Source of the DNA: Cenarchaeum sp.
GTDB lineage: Archaea > Thermoproteota > Nitrososphaeria > Nitrososphaerales > Nitrosopumilaceae
Length of the DNA stretch: 64,000 bases
Reading direction: 5' to 3'
Assembly: GCA_963693095.2 (NCBI GenBank)
Contig: OY843768.1
Coordinates: 1,440,001-1,504,000, forward strand
Position 1 is the first letter of the stretch. Every line of letters starts with the position of its first letter. A program made the translations under genes and the position numbers. This document shows positions 47,765-58,307 of this stretch, piece by piece. A model generated the notes under the pieces. It worked only from the letters and a program-made list of their open reading frames with translations, was not told the origin of the DNA and ran no database searches.

Positions 47765-47839
47765 TGGAGGTGAGAGGGGGAGTCGAACCCCCTTGGATGG
47801 GCTTTGCAGGCCCACGCATAACCGCTCTGCCACCTCACC
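47765..47839 (-). tRNA. tRNA-Cys(GCA) with encoded CCA
   Basis: GGTGAGG/TCTCACC acceptor, U discriminator, TGGGC-ctGCAaa-GCCCA, GGGGGTTCGACTCCCCC. Confidence 0.96.
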
Positions 47840-47873
47840 GGAGACCCATGATCCTGACCGGCAATTAAACGCT

Positions 47874-48089
47874 TCAGGCAGTAGGTCTTGCCGAGAGGCG
47901 CACGTCCTCGGCCTTTACCGTCTTGCGCCGCGCGTGGCCGGCGAGCTCGACTGAGCGGCGCGCCATGGCCACGGCATATTCCTCAGTCACGCGTCGGAGC
48001 TCCTCGGCGGACTCGGCGCTCACGCGCTCGGCACCGGCCTTTTTGAGTATGCGGTACATTGGGGAGACCCCAATCTCTCGCGATGCCAT
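47874..48089 (-). CDS. Archaeal histone (HMf family)
   Basis: PMYRILKKAGAERVS...A.HARRKTVKAEDV histone-fold signature. Confidence 0.93.
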   Translation of the reverse strand: MASREIGVSPMYRILKKAGAERVSAESAEELRRVTEEYAVAMARRSVELAGHARRKTVKAEDVRLSARPTA

Positions 48090-48185
48090 CAAGTCCACTG
48101 CGCGTGTGGCCGATAAAAGGCCGCGGATGAAAAAATATGACGGCGCGCGCGATTATTGCAGACTATTTAGGGCAGCGCGCGCGCC

Positions 48186-48977
48186 ATGGCGCGCATGGGC
48201 GACTGCGGCGGGAGCCTCGCGCAGGAGGTGGCCACGGCGGCCATCTATGACACGCATGTCCACCTAGCCGACGCCGCATACGGCCCGTACGCCCACAGCC
48301 TCGCAGCAAGCATGGATGCGCTCGACATTGCGGCGTTCTGCGTCTCGACTACGGCGGTCGACTCGGCCCTTAGCGCAGAGCTTGCGGCGCGCAGCAGGCG
48401 CATCGTCGCCTTTGCTGGGATACATCCGGACGGTGCCGACGGGGACACCGAGCCCATCACCGGCCTCGTCGAGTCTGGCCGTGTCGGCGGCATCGGCGAG
48501 ATCGGCCTCGATCCGACGGTGACTGACGAGCGCGGGTACAGGCGGCAGCGCGAGGTCTTTGCCTCCATGCTCGCACTCGCCGAGGCCAACGGGCTGCCGG
48601 CATCAATACACTCGCGTCGCTCAGTCGATGACGTTCTTGACACGCTCTCCTCATACAGCGTGCGCGCCGTGCTCCACTGGTTTGACGGCAACAGGCGGCA
48701 GCTCGCGCGCGCCATGGACATGGGCGTCTATGTCTCCTATGGGCCTGTCTGCGTCTATGCGGCCGACAAGCGATCGCTCATCGCGCGCACGAGACCCGAG
48801 ATGCTTCTAGCCGAGACTGACGGGCCGGTGCGCTTTTCGAGGTGCTTTGCGGGGAGGGCCGCACAACCGTGCCACATCCCAAGTGTCGTTCTCTGCATGG
48901 CCCGATCGCGCCGAACGAGCTATGGCGAGATGCGCCGCACGCTCGCGGCCAACTCGCGGCGCTACCTCGGAATATAG
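48186..48977 (+). CDS. tatD: TatD family deoxyribonuclease
   Basis: DTHVH, GIHP, IGEIGLD, IHSR, LHWF, ETDGP; start uncertain. Confidence 0.93.
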   Translation: MARMGDCGGSLAQEVATAAIYDTHVHLADAAYGPYAHSLAASMDALDIAAFCVSTTAVDSALSAELAARSRRIVAFAGIHPDGADGDTEPITGLVESGRVGGIGEIGLDPTVTDERGYRRQREVFASMLALAEANGLPASIHSRRSVDDVLDTLSSYSVRAVLHWFDGNRRQLARAMDMGVYVSYGPVCVYAADKRSLIARTRPEMLLAETDGPVRFSRCFAGRAAQPCHIPSVVLCMARSRRTSYGEMRRTLAANSRRYLGI

Positions 48978-49009
48978 GTATAAAACACCCCGTGCGGCAG
49001 TGCGCATTC

Positions 49010-49432
49010 GTGAACCGGATAAAGCGATACACCGAGCAGGTCTTCGCCGAGCACAAGGCGGAGTTTGGCCTTGACTTTGCCGAGAACCGCAAGGCCCTAA
49101 AGGCCATAGCGATAGTCAGGTCAAAGGAGCTCCAGAACGAGATAGCCGGATACATCACAAGGACACTAAAGCGCGAAAAGCACGAGATGGAGGAGCGCCG
49201 GAGGCGTGCGGCAGCAGACGCCGCCCAGGAGCAGGCCGCCGCGGAGGCAAAGCCTGAGGAGCCCGAGCAGGCAGCCGAGTCGCCAGACGGCAAGGCATTC
49301 GTCGACGGCGGCGCAGTGGTAAAGCAGTCAGACGCCGAGCCCGCCGGGGCAGCCGCGTCTGTGGACGAGGCCGACGCGGAGGCAGCAGAGGCATCTGCGG
49401 TCCTCGGGGCAGCCGACGCCGAGTCGCGCTAG
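49010..49432 (+). CDS. rps17e: 30S ribosomal protein S17e with acidic C-terminal extension
   Basis: IKR...F..DFAENRKAL...SKELQNEIAGYITR; GTG start; TATAAA upstream. Confidence 0.88.
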   Translation: MNRIKRYTEQVFAEHKAEFGLDFAENRKALKAIAIVRSKELQNEIAGYITRTLKREKHEMEERRRRAAADAAQEQAAAEAKPEEPEQAAESPDGKAFVDGGAVVKQSDAEPAGAAASVDEADAEAAEASAVLGAADAESR

Positions 49433-49444
49433 CGCAGGTTTGCG

Positions 49445-50197
49445 TTGATAACGATCGAGCTCCTAGGCGGTGCGCGCAAGTCATTTCCTGACGGAGCGCC
49501 GCAGATTAGCGGCGATGCGATCGGCCTAGACGAGGCACTAAGGCGCGTCTGCGCGGCCGTTCCAAAGGGTGCGGTCCCGCTTGACCTAAAGAACTCACTC
49601 GTCGCGCTCAACGGGATCGACTCATCAGCCCTGCGCGAGGCGAGTGTGCATGACGGGGACACGATAACGATAATACCCATAGTTCACGGCGGGCAGGTAA
49701 CGCGCGCGACATCAGAGGTTCTTGTCACAAGCCTCGGCCGTGGCGTAAGAGCCGACAGCGAGCTAGTCGACGCGCTGCGCGCCGAGTTTCCTCGCATCGC
49801 CATACAGCTCTTGCGGCGCAAGTTCGTCCTCGGCCAGTCGCACGCAAGGCGCATAGCCGGCGTCTCGATTGCAGCCGCGCGCAGGGGCGCGCTCCTCGCC
49901 AAGAGGATAGAGACGGACATGCTCATGAGGTTTGCCAACACGCACCAGATATCACAGGCGATCAGCCTCGTTGGGGCGAGACGGGGCGAGGGCGCAGTTC
50001 TCGTGGCAGTCGGCTCGCGCTTTCAGCTCGACAGGCTAGAGTCGCACGCCAGGCCGCTCCTGAAAAACCCTGTCGGATATGGCTCCGAGCAGGCACTCCG
50101 GCGCGAGCTTGGCATAACGTCCATGCACATGCGTGCAGTCGACTCGCGCCATGCCCTTGAGGACATACTAGTCGAGCGCGCCGCCGTCCTCCTCTGA
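49445..50197 (+). CDS. cgi121: Ubiquitin-like (MoaD/ThiS/SAMP) domain fused to KEOPS subunit Cgi121
   Basis: N-terminal beta-grasp ending IIPIVHGG; then AKRIETDMLMRFANTHQISQAI..VG and ILVERAA (Cgi121). Confidence 0.85.
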   Translation: MITIELLGGARKSFPDGAPQISGDAIGLDEALRRVCAAVPKGAVPLDLKNSLVALNGIDSSALREASVHDGDTITIIPIVHGGQVTRATSEVLVTSLGRGVRADSELVDALRAEFPRIAIQLLRRKFVLGQSHARRIAGVSIAAARRGALLAKRIETDMLMRFANTHQISQAISLVGARRGEGAVLVAVGSRFQLDRLESHARPLLKNPVGYGSEQALRRELGITSMHMRAVDSRHALEDILVERAAVLL

Positions 50198-50710
50198 GGC
50201 GGCCATCTTTTCGTGCTGCACGCGAAGCACGCCGTCTGGCCTGATGACTGATACTCCGGCGTCCGGACCGAGGATCTCGACGAGGACGACCCAGTCCGGA
50301 TGATCCAGGCACACGCGACGCTCTACTGCGTCGGCTACTGCGGTGATTATGGCGTCTCGCGGCTCGCCCGAGTTGCGCTTTTCGAGCGTAATCCGGTATG
50401 TCTGCGCCTCAGGTATGCGCGAGGCGAGCCGGCCGGCGGCCTCGGCGATATCCTCGGCTCGCGCGCTAGTTGTGACCTGGATCGGCATGACGCGCATGAC
50501 ATACCTGAACTCCCAGGGCTCCTCGGCGAGGCGCGCGCGCAGTGCCGCAATGGCCGCATCAGGGCCAAGCGACGTCTGCGCAGTCAGTATGCCGCGCATG
50601 TCAGTGGGCGAGGCCGACGCTTCGCTGTCACCGCACGCGCCAAGTAGCGAGACGAGCTCGGTGCACGCGTCTTGCTCAAAGTGCCTTGCGCACGTCGCTA
50701 TTAGGTCCAA
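50168..50710 (-). CDS. Stand-alone THUMP-domain RNA-binding protein
   Basis: RVMPIQ, TYRITLEKR, VCLDHPDWVVLVEILG. Confidence 0.88.
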   Translation of the reverse strand: MDLIATCARHFEQDACTELVSLLGACGDSEASASPTDMRGILTAQTSLGPDAAIAALRARLAEEPWEFRYVMRVMPIQVTTSARAEDIAEAAGRLASRIPEAQTYRITLEKRNSGEPRDAIITAVADAVERRVCLDHPDWVVLVEILGPDAGVSVIRPDGVLRVQHEKMAASEEDGGALD

Positions 50711-51309
50711 TGCGCCTCCAGCTCGACGGTGCGCACGGCTCCCTCCCGCAGGACCGTCGGGGGCCGCGAGCCCTCAAGGCGTATGACCGTAGAGGGCACC
50801 GGCCCGTCGCCCACAACGCCACCGTCAACGAGGAGATCAACGCCGTGAGGGCCTATAGAGTCCGGACTGGTCGCCGGGGTGAGACCCGCGACGTTTGCGC
50901 TCGTGCCGACTAGCGGGCCGCATGCCTCAAGAAGCGCAAGTGCGCAGCGCGAGGAGGGCACGCGCACTGCGACCGTGCCGTCATGCAGTCCCATCGTGTC
51001 GCGCAGGCCCAAGTCGGCCAGCGGCAGAACCATCGTGAGTGCGCCGGGCCAAAATGCGTCAGCAAGCCGGCGCGCCAGCGCGTCTGGTGAGGCAATCTCC
51101 CATGCTGACTCGGCCGAGGCGCACAGGATCGGCATGGGTTTTGAGGGATCGCGCGACTTTGCGGCGCACACAGCAGCTATTGCTGCGGCGTTGTGCGGGT
51201 CGCAGCCGATCCCGTACACCGTGTCAGTTGGGAACGCCACGGTTCGCCCGTCACGCACGGCACATGCGGCACTCTCGATTCCGGCCGCATCGCAGCCAAC
51301 GCGCATCAT
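50701..51309 (-). CDS. sua5: L-threonylcarbamoyladenylate synthase (Sua5/YrdC/TsaC)
   Basis: FPTDTVYGIGC, KSR...KP, FWPGALT, VAVRVP, TSANVAG, PSTVI. Confidence 0.93.
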   Translation of the reverse strand: MMRVGCDAAGIESAACAVRDGRTVAFPTDTVYGIGCDPHNAAAIAAVCAAKSRDPSKPMPILCASAESAWEIASPDALARRLADAFWPGALTMVLPLADLGLRDTMGLHDGTVAVRVPSSRCALALLEACGPLVGTSANVAGLTPATSPDSIGPHGVDLLVDGGVVGDGPVPSTVIRLEGSRPPTVLREGAVRTVELEAHWT

Positions 51310-51469
51310 CGTGTCTGCGGGGCGCACCACGGGGCAATAATAGGCATGTGCGAGCCCCCAATGGCCAGTCACGCGCTGGCATGGGACGCCAGGCTCAGAA
51401 ATGGGCCGCACAGGGCACAATGGGCTCGCAGACATGCGGGGCTATCCACTGCCCCGTGCGGCGCGTCAC

Positions 51470-51757
51470 CTAGAGGCTTAGTCCAAAGCCGCCGGCGAAC
51501 TCGCTGAACGTCCTGTACGCGACGAGGAACTCGCGGCCAGAGTCGCTTATCTTGTATCTGCATGCGCCTGTCGGCGAGCCGCGCTCGAGTAGGCCATGCG
51601 AGACGAGAAGCGAGAGTATGCCCGTGAGGCGCGCGTGGGGGACGTTGGCGTGGCGAGAGATACGCGTGACGGCCAGACCATGCGAGTCAATGACGTCGTC
51701 CCTGGCTGCCGTCAGAATGTCATTGACGATTCGGAGTTGCGTCCTGTGCCCACCCAT
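51470..51757 (-). CDS. Winged helix-turn-helix transcriptional regulator
   Basis: RTQLRIVNDIL, TRISRHANVPHARL, LV..GLL, YKISDSGREFL. Confidence 0.85.
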   Translation of the reverse strand: MGGHRTQLRIVNDILTAARDDVIDSHGLAVTRISRHANVPHARLTGILSLLVSHGLLERGSPTGACRYKISDSGREFLVAYRTFSEFAGGFGLSL

Positions 51758-51838
51758 GCCCTAGCGACAGCGTCTCCGGATCGGGCAATATGACACGCCA
51801 TATACCATCCATTGAACCAACAGCACAAAAGTTATTGA

Positions 51839-52492
51839 CTAGAATTTGCCCTGTGAGCCGCCCTGCCGCCGCGCGCGCATTCGCGCAAGCGGGATCTTTG
51901 ATATGGGGACAAAGAGTGATGAGAGGCCGGCGATCTTTATGATGACCGAGGCGCCATAGAGTATCGAGGCCGGAAAGACAAGCGAGTACCACCCCAGGAA
52001 CTCGCCGAGTGCGAGGAGCGCAAACCCGCACGCGACAAATATGGCGCCCTTGTTGCGCCGTTCCATGTAGGTGAGCAGCGTCTCGATCGCGCCATAGACC
52101 AGGAGCACAAACGAGACGGACTTGAATATGTGCTCGAGGTTGACATACGAGAGAAAGAGCGGCGGAAAGATGACTATGGACCGCAGTGCCCTGTCACGCG
52201 GAAGAAACGACCGTATTCCGTGCGAAAATGCGATAAAAAAGTATCCGGTCATCTGCATGCCGTTGCCGAGTGTCTGTGCCCATTGTGCCCCAGGCTCGCC
52301 CGGCGCGACGCCCATTGCCGCAGTGCCGGACCACACGACAAAAAATCCTGCGCCTATCGCAAAGAACGCAATTGTCATGCGGAACATTGCAGGGCTTCCC
52401 GTGCCCCTATATGCCAGGTACGACATTGCGCCTATGGACATGCCGACGACAAACCCTACCAGGTTTAGCGCGTTGTCTAGCAGTGCCTCCAA
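51839..52492 (-). CDS. Hypothetical integral membrane protein (6-7 TM)
   Basis: Consecutive hydrophobic helices; upstream of and co-oriented with the wHTH gene. Confidence 0.75.
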   Translation of the reverse strand: MEALLDNALNLVGFVVGMSIGAMSYLAYRGTGSPAMFRMTIAFFAIGAGFFVVWSGTAAMGVAPGEPGAQWAQTLGNGMQMTGYFFIAFSHGIRSFLPRDRALRSIVIFPPLFLSYVNLEHIFKSVSFVLLVYGAIETLLTYMERRNKGAIFVACGFALLALGEFLGWYSLVFPASILYGASVIIKIAGLSSLFVPISKIPLARMRARRQGGSQGKF

Positions 52493-52556
52493 CGCGCGCG
52501 GCGCGGCTCCATGCCATATTTAACAAGAACGGGCATTCGCGTGCGCTCGGCTGCCA

Positions 52557-52766
52557 CTAGTCCCAATCATCATCGGTTCCGGCGCGGCGCGCATCAAGGG
52601 TGCCGGCATAGTCGGCAAGTATATCTGAATATGTGGGGTTTGCGTGGGCCACCTCGCGGACATAGTCGCCATAGGGCATGTCAAGGCCGCATGACGCGCA
52701 TGTCACGCGAGCGTATCCAGCGCTAAGCTCGGCGCTTGCCTTGCACTTGTGACACCTGATCTTCAT
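52557..52766 (-). CDS. Small zinc-ribbon protein (69 aa)
   Basis: MKIRCHKC..AEL....VTCASCG...YGDYV; TATAATA-like element upstream. Confidence 0.7.
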   Translation of the reverse strand: MKIRCHKCKASAELSAGYARVTCASCGLDMPYGDYVREVAHANPTYSDILADYAGTLDARRAGTDDDWD

Positions 52767-52990
52767 GCGTGCGCGGCGCGGCGCGTCTCCTATTATACGT
52801 GTGCGATTCCACCGGTCGCGACGGGGATGTCGCGGCGCGGGCAGGCGCACCATGCCGGTGTGCGCGCAAAGGCTCCCCAGGGAGCCTGTTGGCCACTATC
52901 GGCTGACTGCCGTCGGTGGGGCCTACGGCCGACATTTTCACGCCTACGCCAATGGACAGGTTTAAACGGTGGGGCACTTGTGAGCCTGCC

Positions 52991-53245
52991 ATGGGCAAGG
53001 TAGTCAGAATCGGTGGACGCGGCACCTCACGAAGGGTTGCTGAGAAGAGCCCCGACAACTGGTCCGGTGACAGCTTTCGTGACGTCGCGCGCCAGCGCAA
53101 AGAGTCCGCAAAGGACGCATACGTCACGGTAGGCCGAGGCACAAAGAAAGTGAAGTTCGGTGACCTAACCGAGTCGCGCAGCGTATCCGCAAAGGGACGC
53201 TACGTCGTAAGCGGCAGGGGCACCGGGCGTCGAAAGGTAAACTAG
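52991..53245 (+). CDS. Small basic hypothetical protein (84 aa)
   Basis: MGKVVRIGGRG...; TTTAAA box ~25 nt upstream; T-rich 3' end. Confidence 0.7.
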   Translation: MGKVVRIGGRGTSRRVAEKSPDNWSGDSFRDVARQRKESAKDAYVTVGRGTKKVKFGDLTESRSVSAKGRYVVSGRGTGRRKVN

Positions 53246-53263
53246 ACCACTAGACGCTTTTCA

Positions 53264-55144
53264 TTATTTTGATGACTCGATAGCGGACGCTATGAGTCGC
53301 CCAAGCGCAGAGTTCACGCGCTCGCCGGCAACCCTTCCGCGCAGCCGCTCCATCGCACGACCCATGAGCAGGCCCGTCGCGCGCTCGCGCTGCTCGGCTA
53401 TGGCATCAGCATTCTCGGCGATGATCTCGCCGAGTATTTCATCGAGCTCCGAGTCGCCAATAGTGTGCGCAGTTGCGCACTCGGCTGCAGTCAACGCCCG
53501 TCCTGACATTATCTCCTCGAATATCATCTCGATCGACTCTTTTGCGACCTCTCCACGCGAGAGCATCGCAAACGCGGCATCAACCTCGCTGTCCGGAAGT
53601 GGTGAGTCTAGGCCTCGGCGCCGCAGTGCCGTTATTGTGGAGACTAGGGCCGATGCGGCAAAGTTTGCCTCGATCGACGGGTATGACACTATGCGCTCAA
53701 ATATTCCAAGACGTTCAGAGTCCATGAGCTGCTCGGCGAGCTGCGCGTTGAGCGAGTGTCTTTTTTGGAGCTCGGCGAGCGCGTCTTCCCATGGTTGCGG
53801 GACTGACGCCTGTGCTGCATCAAGCTCATCGCGCGATATTCGTATTGGCGGCACGTCAGTCTCTGGATACATCCTTGCCGCACCCGGCCGCGGCCTGAGA
53901 TAAACCGTCTTTCCGTCCGGCGTCGCCATGCGCGTCTCGGCTGGTGCGCCATGGCGTGCGGCGTTTAGGCGCTCGCGCAGCGCGCGCGCTGCATGCTCGG
54001 TGACTGCTGGCGCGACTGCAACCATGACAAACGCATCGCCCTCGCAGAGTCCTAGGAGCTTGCGTATCTCGCCGACCTCTTCGGCAGATATGCCATGGGC
54101 GGGCAGCTCGTCAGAGTGAAAGACGCCGCGCGCGCCCAGCGGCTTTACGGCGCCGGCGAGCTCGCGGCCGAGGCGAAATCCTGCGCGCGGCTCGAGGGAT
54201 ATCATGCCGGCTAGGCCACGCGCCCTTATGCATACGACAGACTCTCCGCGCGCGAGTGCCTTTTTGAGAATCTCCGAGGCGCTCTGAGCCAGGATGCGCG
54301 TGACATCAAACGTGTCATCCTTGCCAATCTCGGCCATGTCGCGAACCTCCGGCCTTGCGGCAAGCTCGGCGAGCGCCGCATGCCTCTGGGCCTCGTATGT
54401 CACGACGCGCTCGAGCTGGTCAAGCTGCTGTACGCCCTTTACCTCCACTACTGCCCCGTCATCAAGGGAGACGTTGACGTCCTGGCGTATGGAGCCCAGG
54501 CCGCGCCTGACGCGGCGCGTCGAGCGCAGGAGGCGGCCCAGCGCAAGGGCGACTGTGCGCGCGCCTGCACCATCGGTGGCCACAGGAGCGAGGGCGATCT
54601 CGACGAGCGGGATTCCAAGGCGATCAAGGCTGTACGTCCCCTTTTTGCGCTCCCCCTCTAGCCTGCGGGCCGCATCCTCCTCGAGGCAGATCGACTGGAC
54701 GCCGACGCGCATTCCCGCAACTTCTATTGCGCCGCCGGCTGAGACCAACATCGTTCGCTGGAATCCGGACGTGTTCGAGCCGTCGATGACCATCTTGCGC
54801 ATCGGGAGCAGCTCGGCAAACTGGGTAGAGCCTAGCGCAGCGGCAACGGTGAGCGCTATGGCCTTGGCATCAGGATCCAGGCCTCGCGGCGGCATCTCGT
54901 CGCGCTCGAGCGCGCAACTGCTCGCCGGACTTGCGCGGTACGTAAACTCTTGTGCGCGCGCGCCCTCAAAGACTGCGGCGCGGTCATACGTGCCAGTCTC
55001 GCTTGCCGCGGCCCGAAGCCGTCGCGTAAACTCGACGGCACCATCATCGGACTCGACTGGCTCGCATGCGCAAAAGAGCTTGCGCCCCGTGTCGAGCTGC
55101 TGGTGAACCTCGAGGCCGACGAGGAGGCCACGCGGGGCGCTCAT
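53264..55144 (-). CDS. gatE: Glutamyl-tRNA(Gln) amidotransferase subunit E
   Basis: GLEVHQQL, KLFC, MRKMVIDGSNTSGFQRT, LEEDAAR, LDRLGIPLVEI, RPRPGAARMYPETD. Confidence 0.97.
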   Translation of the reverse strand: MSAPRGLLVGLEVHQQLDTGRKLFCACEPVESDDGAVEFTRRLRAAASETGTYDRAAVFEGARAQEFTYRASPASSCALERDEMPPRGLDPDAKAIALTVAAALGSTQFAELLPMRKMVIDGSNTSGFQRTMLVSAGGAIEVAGMRVGVQSICLEEDAARRLEGERKKGTYSLDRLGIPLVEIALAPVATDGAGARTVALALGRLLRSTRRVRRGLGSIRQDVNVSLDDGAVVEVKGVQQLDQLERVVTYEAQRHAALAELAARPEVRDMAEIGKDDTFDVTRILAQSASEILKKALARGESVVCIRARGLAGMISLEPRAGFRLGRELAGAVKPLGARGVFHSDELPAHGISAEEVGEIRKLLGLCEGDAFVMVAVAPAVTEHAARALRERLNAARHGAPAETRMATPDGKTVYLRPRPGAARMYPETDVPPIRISRDELDAAQASVPQPWEDALAELQKRHSLNAQLAEQLMDSERLGIFERIVSYPSIEANFAASALVSTITALRRRGLDSPLPDSEVDAAFAMLSRGEVAKESIEMIFEEIMSGRALTAAECATAHTIGDSELDEILGEIIAENADAIAEQRERATGLLMGRAMERLRGRVAGERVNSALGRLIASAIESSK

Positions 55145-56439
55145 GGCGAGAACTCCGATGAGATGCGCTCTAGCATGAGCGCCGTGACGTCCTCGCGCGC
55201 CTCATGCTGTGAGAGCGCCCACATCGCCTTGACTAGTGCGGTCTCTGAAAGCATGTCACGCAGTGGGACGACTCCGAGATTTTGGAGCTCGCGACCCGAC
55301 TCGTACACGTTCATGTTCACCTCGCCCTCACCGCACTGTGAGCACATTGCAACGAGGACACCGCGCCCCACTGCGCGCGATATGGCCTCGTGGAGTCTCC
55401 TGCCGGTGTGGCCCAGGCCTGTGCCCTCTAGTATGATTGCGCGGCAACCGCGTTCGACTAGCGTGTCTAGAATTGCCTCATCCATGCCAGGATGGCACTT
55501 TAGCAGCGCGGCGCGCGCGTCAACGCCGATTCGCGGGGCAGCGCCGTCCCGTGTCCCACATGCGCCCTGCACGGCGCGCTCGACGCCCTTGCGCGTGACT
55601 GTAAATGCCGGCTCGCCGCCGACGGTCTCAAAGGCGCCGCGCGCGCTCGTGTGGCACTTGCGCACGCGCGTGGCCACGTGGCACGAAACGCGCCCGTCTG
55701 AGGCCCCCTCGTGCATGACGACAAAGATGCCGGGTCCGGGTTTTGAGGCGATGAGGCGTGCGGCGGCAATGAGATTCTCGGCGGCATCTGAGGATGGCCT
55801 GTCTGATGACCTCTGTGCCCCGACGAGTGCCACTGGCGTGCTCATGCCGGCGAGCGCAAATGCGAGGTACGAGGCTGTGTGCTGCATCGTGTCCGTGCCG
55901 TGCGCGACGATGATGCCGTCATAGTCTCGGGCAGCACCATGGATCTCGGTTGCGATACGCACCCACATGTCTGGCTCGATATTCTCGGACTGCTCGGACA
56001 TTGCGATTCGCGGCTCGATCGCAGCGAGGGCGCCAAGCTCGGGGACCGATGCGGCCAGGCCGGCCGCATCGAGGGCCGGCGTGACAGCACCGGTGACATA
56101 GTCTATCCTGCTTGCGATCGTGCCGCCTGTCGAGAGCAAGAGTATGCGCGGGAGCGCGGCGCCCTCGCCGCTGCGCGCTTTAGCCGTCGGGGCGCTCGCA
56201 GTGGCCACGGTGCCGTCTTTGCCCTTCTCGAGAACCGTCGCGCCCTTTAGCCTCGAGGACTCGACTGCGACATTGTAGCCGCTTGGGACCTTTAGAACCA
56301 CAATCCCGTCATCACCGCCCTCATAGCGCGGCATTATGCGTCCCGTGATGTCGCCTGCGCGTATTGTGTCGCCCACGCCGACACCCACTGACTCGAGGAA
56401 CGCAAGGGCTGTCTTGCCATACCCGCCGGTGCCGGCCAT
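55141..56439 (-). CDS. gatD: Glutamyl-tRNA(Gln) amidotransferase subunit D
   Basis: STGGTIASRIDY, HGTDTM, GAQRSSDRPSSD, RKCHTS.R, GTGLGH; start overlaps hisI stop (TGATG). Confidence 0.96.
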   Translation of the reverse strand: MAGTGGYGKTALAFLESVGVGVGDTIRAGDITGRIMPRYEGGDDGIVVLKVPSGYNVAVESSRLKGATVLEKGKDGTVATASAPTAKARSGEGAALPRILLLSTGGTIASRIDYVTGAVTPALDAAGLAASVPELGALAAIEPRIAMSEQSENIEPDMWVRIATEIHGAARDYDGIIVAHGTDTMQHTASYLAFALAGMSTPVALVGAQRSSDRPSSDAAENLIAAARLIASKPGPGIFVVMHEGASDGRVSCHVATRVRKCHTSARGAFETVGGEPAFTVTRKGVERAVQGACGTRDGAAPRIGVDARAALLKCHPGMDEAILDTLVERGCRAIILEGTGLGHTGRRLHEAISRAVGRGVLVAMCSQCGEGEVNMNVYESGRELQNLGVVPLRDMLSETALVKAMWALSQHEAREDVTALMLERISSEFSP

Positions 56440-56777
56440 CACGCGCGCGCGTCCCCCAGTGTGTTGTGAAAGCACGTGCCCTCGCCGGTGTGGCACGCCG
56501 GCCCGGTCGGCTCGACCCTGTAGACTAGCGCGTCTGCGTCACAGTCGACGAGTATCTCGGTGACCTTTTGGACGTTGCCAGACTCCTCGCCCTTCATCCA
56601 GAGCTTTGAGCGTGACCTGCTGTAAAACCACGATCTCGACGTCTCCTGTGTGCGCCGCAGGGCCTCGGCGTTGGCATAGGCCAGCGTGAGGACTCGGCCG
56701 CTAGAGGCGTCCTGCACTATAACGGGGACGAGTCCGCCGCCCTTCTCAAAGTCGATCTCGGCTGCGCTGCGCTCCAT
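56439..56777 (-). CDS. hisI: Phosphoribosyl-AMP cyclohydrolase
   Basis: [27 protein letters not shown]. Confidence 0.96.
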   Translation of the reverse strand: MERSAAEIDFEKGGGLVPVIVQDASSGRVLTLAYANAEALRRTQETSRSWFYSRSRSKLWMKGEESGNVQKVTEILVDCDADALVYRVEPTGPACHTGEGTCFHNTLGDARA

Positions 56778-56802
56778 GCGCCATCGGCGTGGCGCATTCG
56801 GC

Positions 56803-57597
56803 TTATAACCTTACAGGGATGCCGCGCGTGCGCAGCTCGCGCTTTACGGCCTCGACGCCCCTGCCCTCATAGTGGAATATCGATGCGGCAAGGGCCGCGT
56901 CTGCGTGGGCGAGAACGTCGGCCATGTGGGCAGCGTTGCCGCATCCGCCTGACGCTATGACTGGAACTCCGACTGCGCGCGAGACGCGGCCGGTGAGGCC
57001 GAGGTCATAGCCCTCGCCGGTCCCGTCTCGATCCACGCTAGTCAGGAGTATCTCGCCTGCCCCCAGCTCTGCTGCGCGGCGTGCCCACTCGATGGCATCC
57101 ATGCCGGTCTGGCGCTTTCCGCCGTATGTGCGGACCTCAAACCACGACCCCCCATCAGGCTCGGCGCCGTCTGGCGCGGCGGCCATGTCATCGTTGCGCC
57201 TCGCGTCTATTGCGACCACCACGCACTGTCGCCCAAAGAGGTCTGCCATGCGGGTCACTAGGTCAGGGTCCTCCACTGCGCGCGTGTTGATGCCGACCTT
57301 GTCAGCGCCATGGAGGAGTATGTCACGCGCGTCCTCAACAGAGGAGACGCCGCCGCCGACTGTAAACGGGATGTCTATTCCGGCAGCAACGCGCGAGACG
57401 AGATCCACGACTGCGGCCCTGCGCTCCTGTGAGGCCGTGATGTCCAGAAAGACGAGCTCGTCGGCCCCGCCGGCACTGTACGAGGAGGCAAGCTCGACGG
57501 GGTCACCGGCATCGCGGATCGACTCGAACTGTGTTCCCTTTACGACGCGGCCATCCCTGACGTCAAGGCATGGTATGACGCGCCGTGTCAGCGGCAT
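56803..57597 (-). CDS. hisF: Imidazole glycerol phosphate synthase cyclase subunit
   Basis: [47 protein letters not shown]. Confidence 0.97.
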   Translation of the reverse strand: MPLTRRVIPCLDVRDGRVVKGTQFESIRDAGDPVELASSYSAGGADELVFLDITASQERRAAVVDLVSRVAAGIDIPFTVGGGVSSVEDARDILLHGADKVGINTRAVEDPDLVTRMADLFGRQCVVVAIDARRNDDMAAAPDGAEPDGGSWFEVRTYGGKRQTGMDAIEWARRAAELGAGEILLTSVDRDGTGEGYDLGLTGRVSRAVGVPVIASGGCGNAAHMADVLAHADAALAASIFHYEGRGVEAVKRELRTRGIPVRL

Positions 57598-58307
57598 GCG
57601 GCCTCCTTGGCCTCACGAACGCTCAGCTCCATGTCATATATTGCGCGCCCGAGTATGACGCCGTGTGCGCCGCGCTCACGAACCGAGGTGACATCAGCAG
57701 CACTGGCGATCCCGCCGCTGGCGATGACGTGTGCGCTGCGCGAGCACGCATCAGCCAGCAGGTTTAGCTCCGGACCGGCCATCATGCCGTCACGATCCAC
57801 GTCAGTCACCATAAACTCGGTCAGCCCGTCGGCCATGAACGAGTCCATGGCATCTGTCACCGAGACGCCGGCGCTAGCGGTCCAGCCGCGCATGAGGACG
57901 CGTCCGGCCCTGTGGTCAAGTGAGACGACGACGCGCGAGGGGCCTAGCGTGTCGCGCAGCCAGAGGAGCGCGTCTCTGTCTGCGAGTGCCATCGTTCCGA
58001 GGACTATGCGGTTGCGCGTGCCGGCCGCCGCAATTGCCGCGTTGATGTCGCGCAGGCCGCCGGCGACCTCGACGGGGACGCGCGACTCAGAGGCCAGGCG
58101 CGCTATGGCCTCGGCGTTTGACCCGCGCCCAAGCGTCGCATCAAGGTCGACGACGTGGATCATGTCAGCGCCCTCAGAGGCCCACTGCCTCGAGAACTCG
58201 GCGGGATCATCGCCATATGTGGTGCTCTGGGCGGGGTCGCCCCTGCGCAGGCGCACGACTGCGCCGCCCATGATGTCTATTGCCGGTATCACGATCAGCG
58301 CCGACAC
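57588..58307 (-). CDS. hisA: ProFAR isomerase
   Basis: [43 protein letters not shown]. Confidence 0.95.
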   Translation of the reverse strand: MSALIVIPAIDIMGGAVVRLRRGDPAQSTTYGDDPAEFSRQWASEGADMIHVVDLDATLGRGSNAEAIARLASESRVPVEVAGGLRDINAAIAAAGTRNRIVLGTMALADRDALLWLRDTLGPSRVVVSLDHRAGRVLMRGWTASAGVSVTDAMDSFMADGLTEFMVTDVDRDGMMAGPELNLLADACSRSAHVIASGGIASAADVTSVRERGAHGVILGRAIYDMELSVREAKEAACR

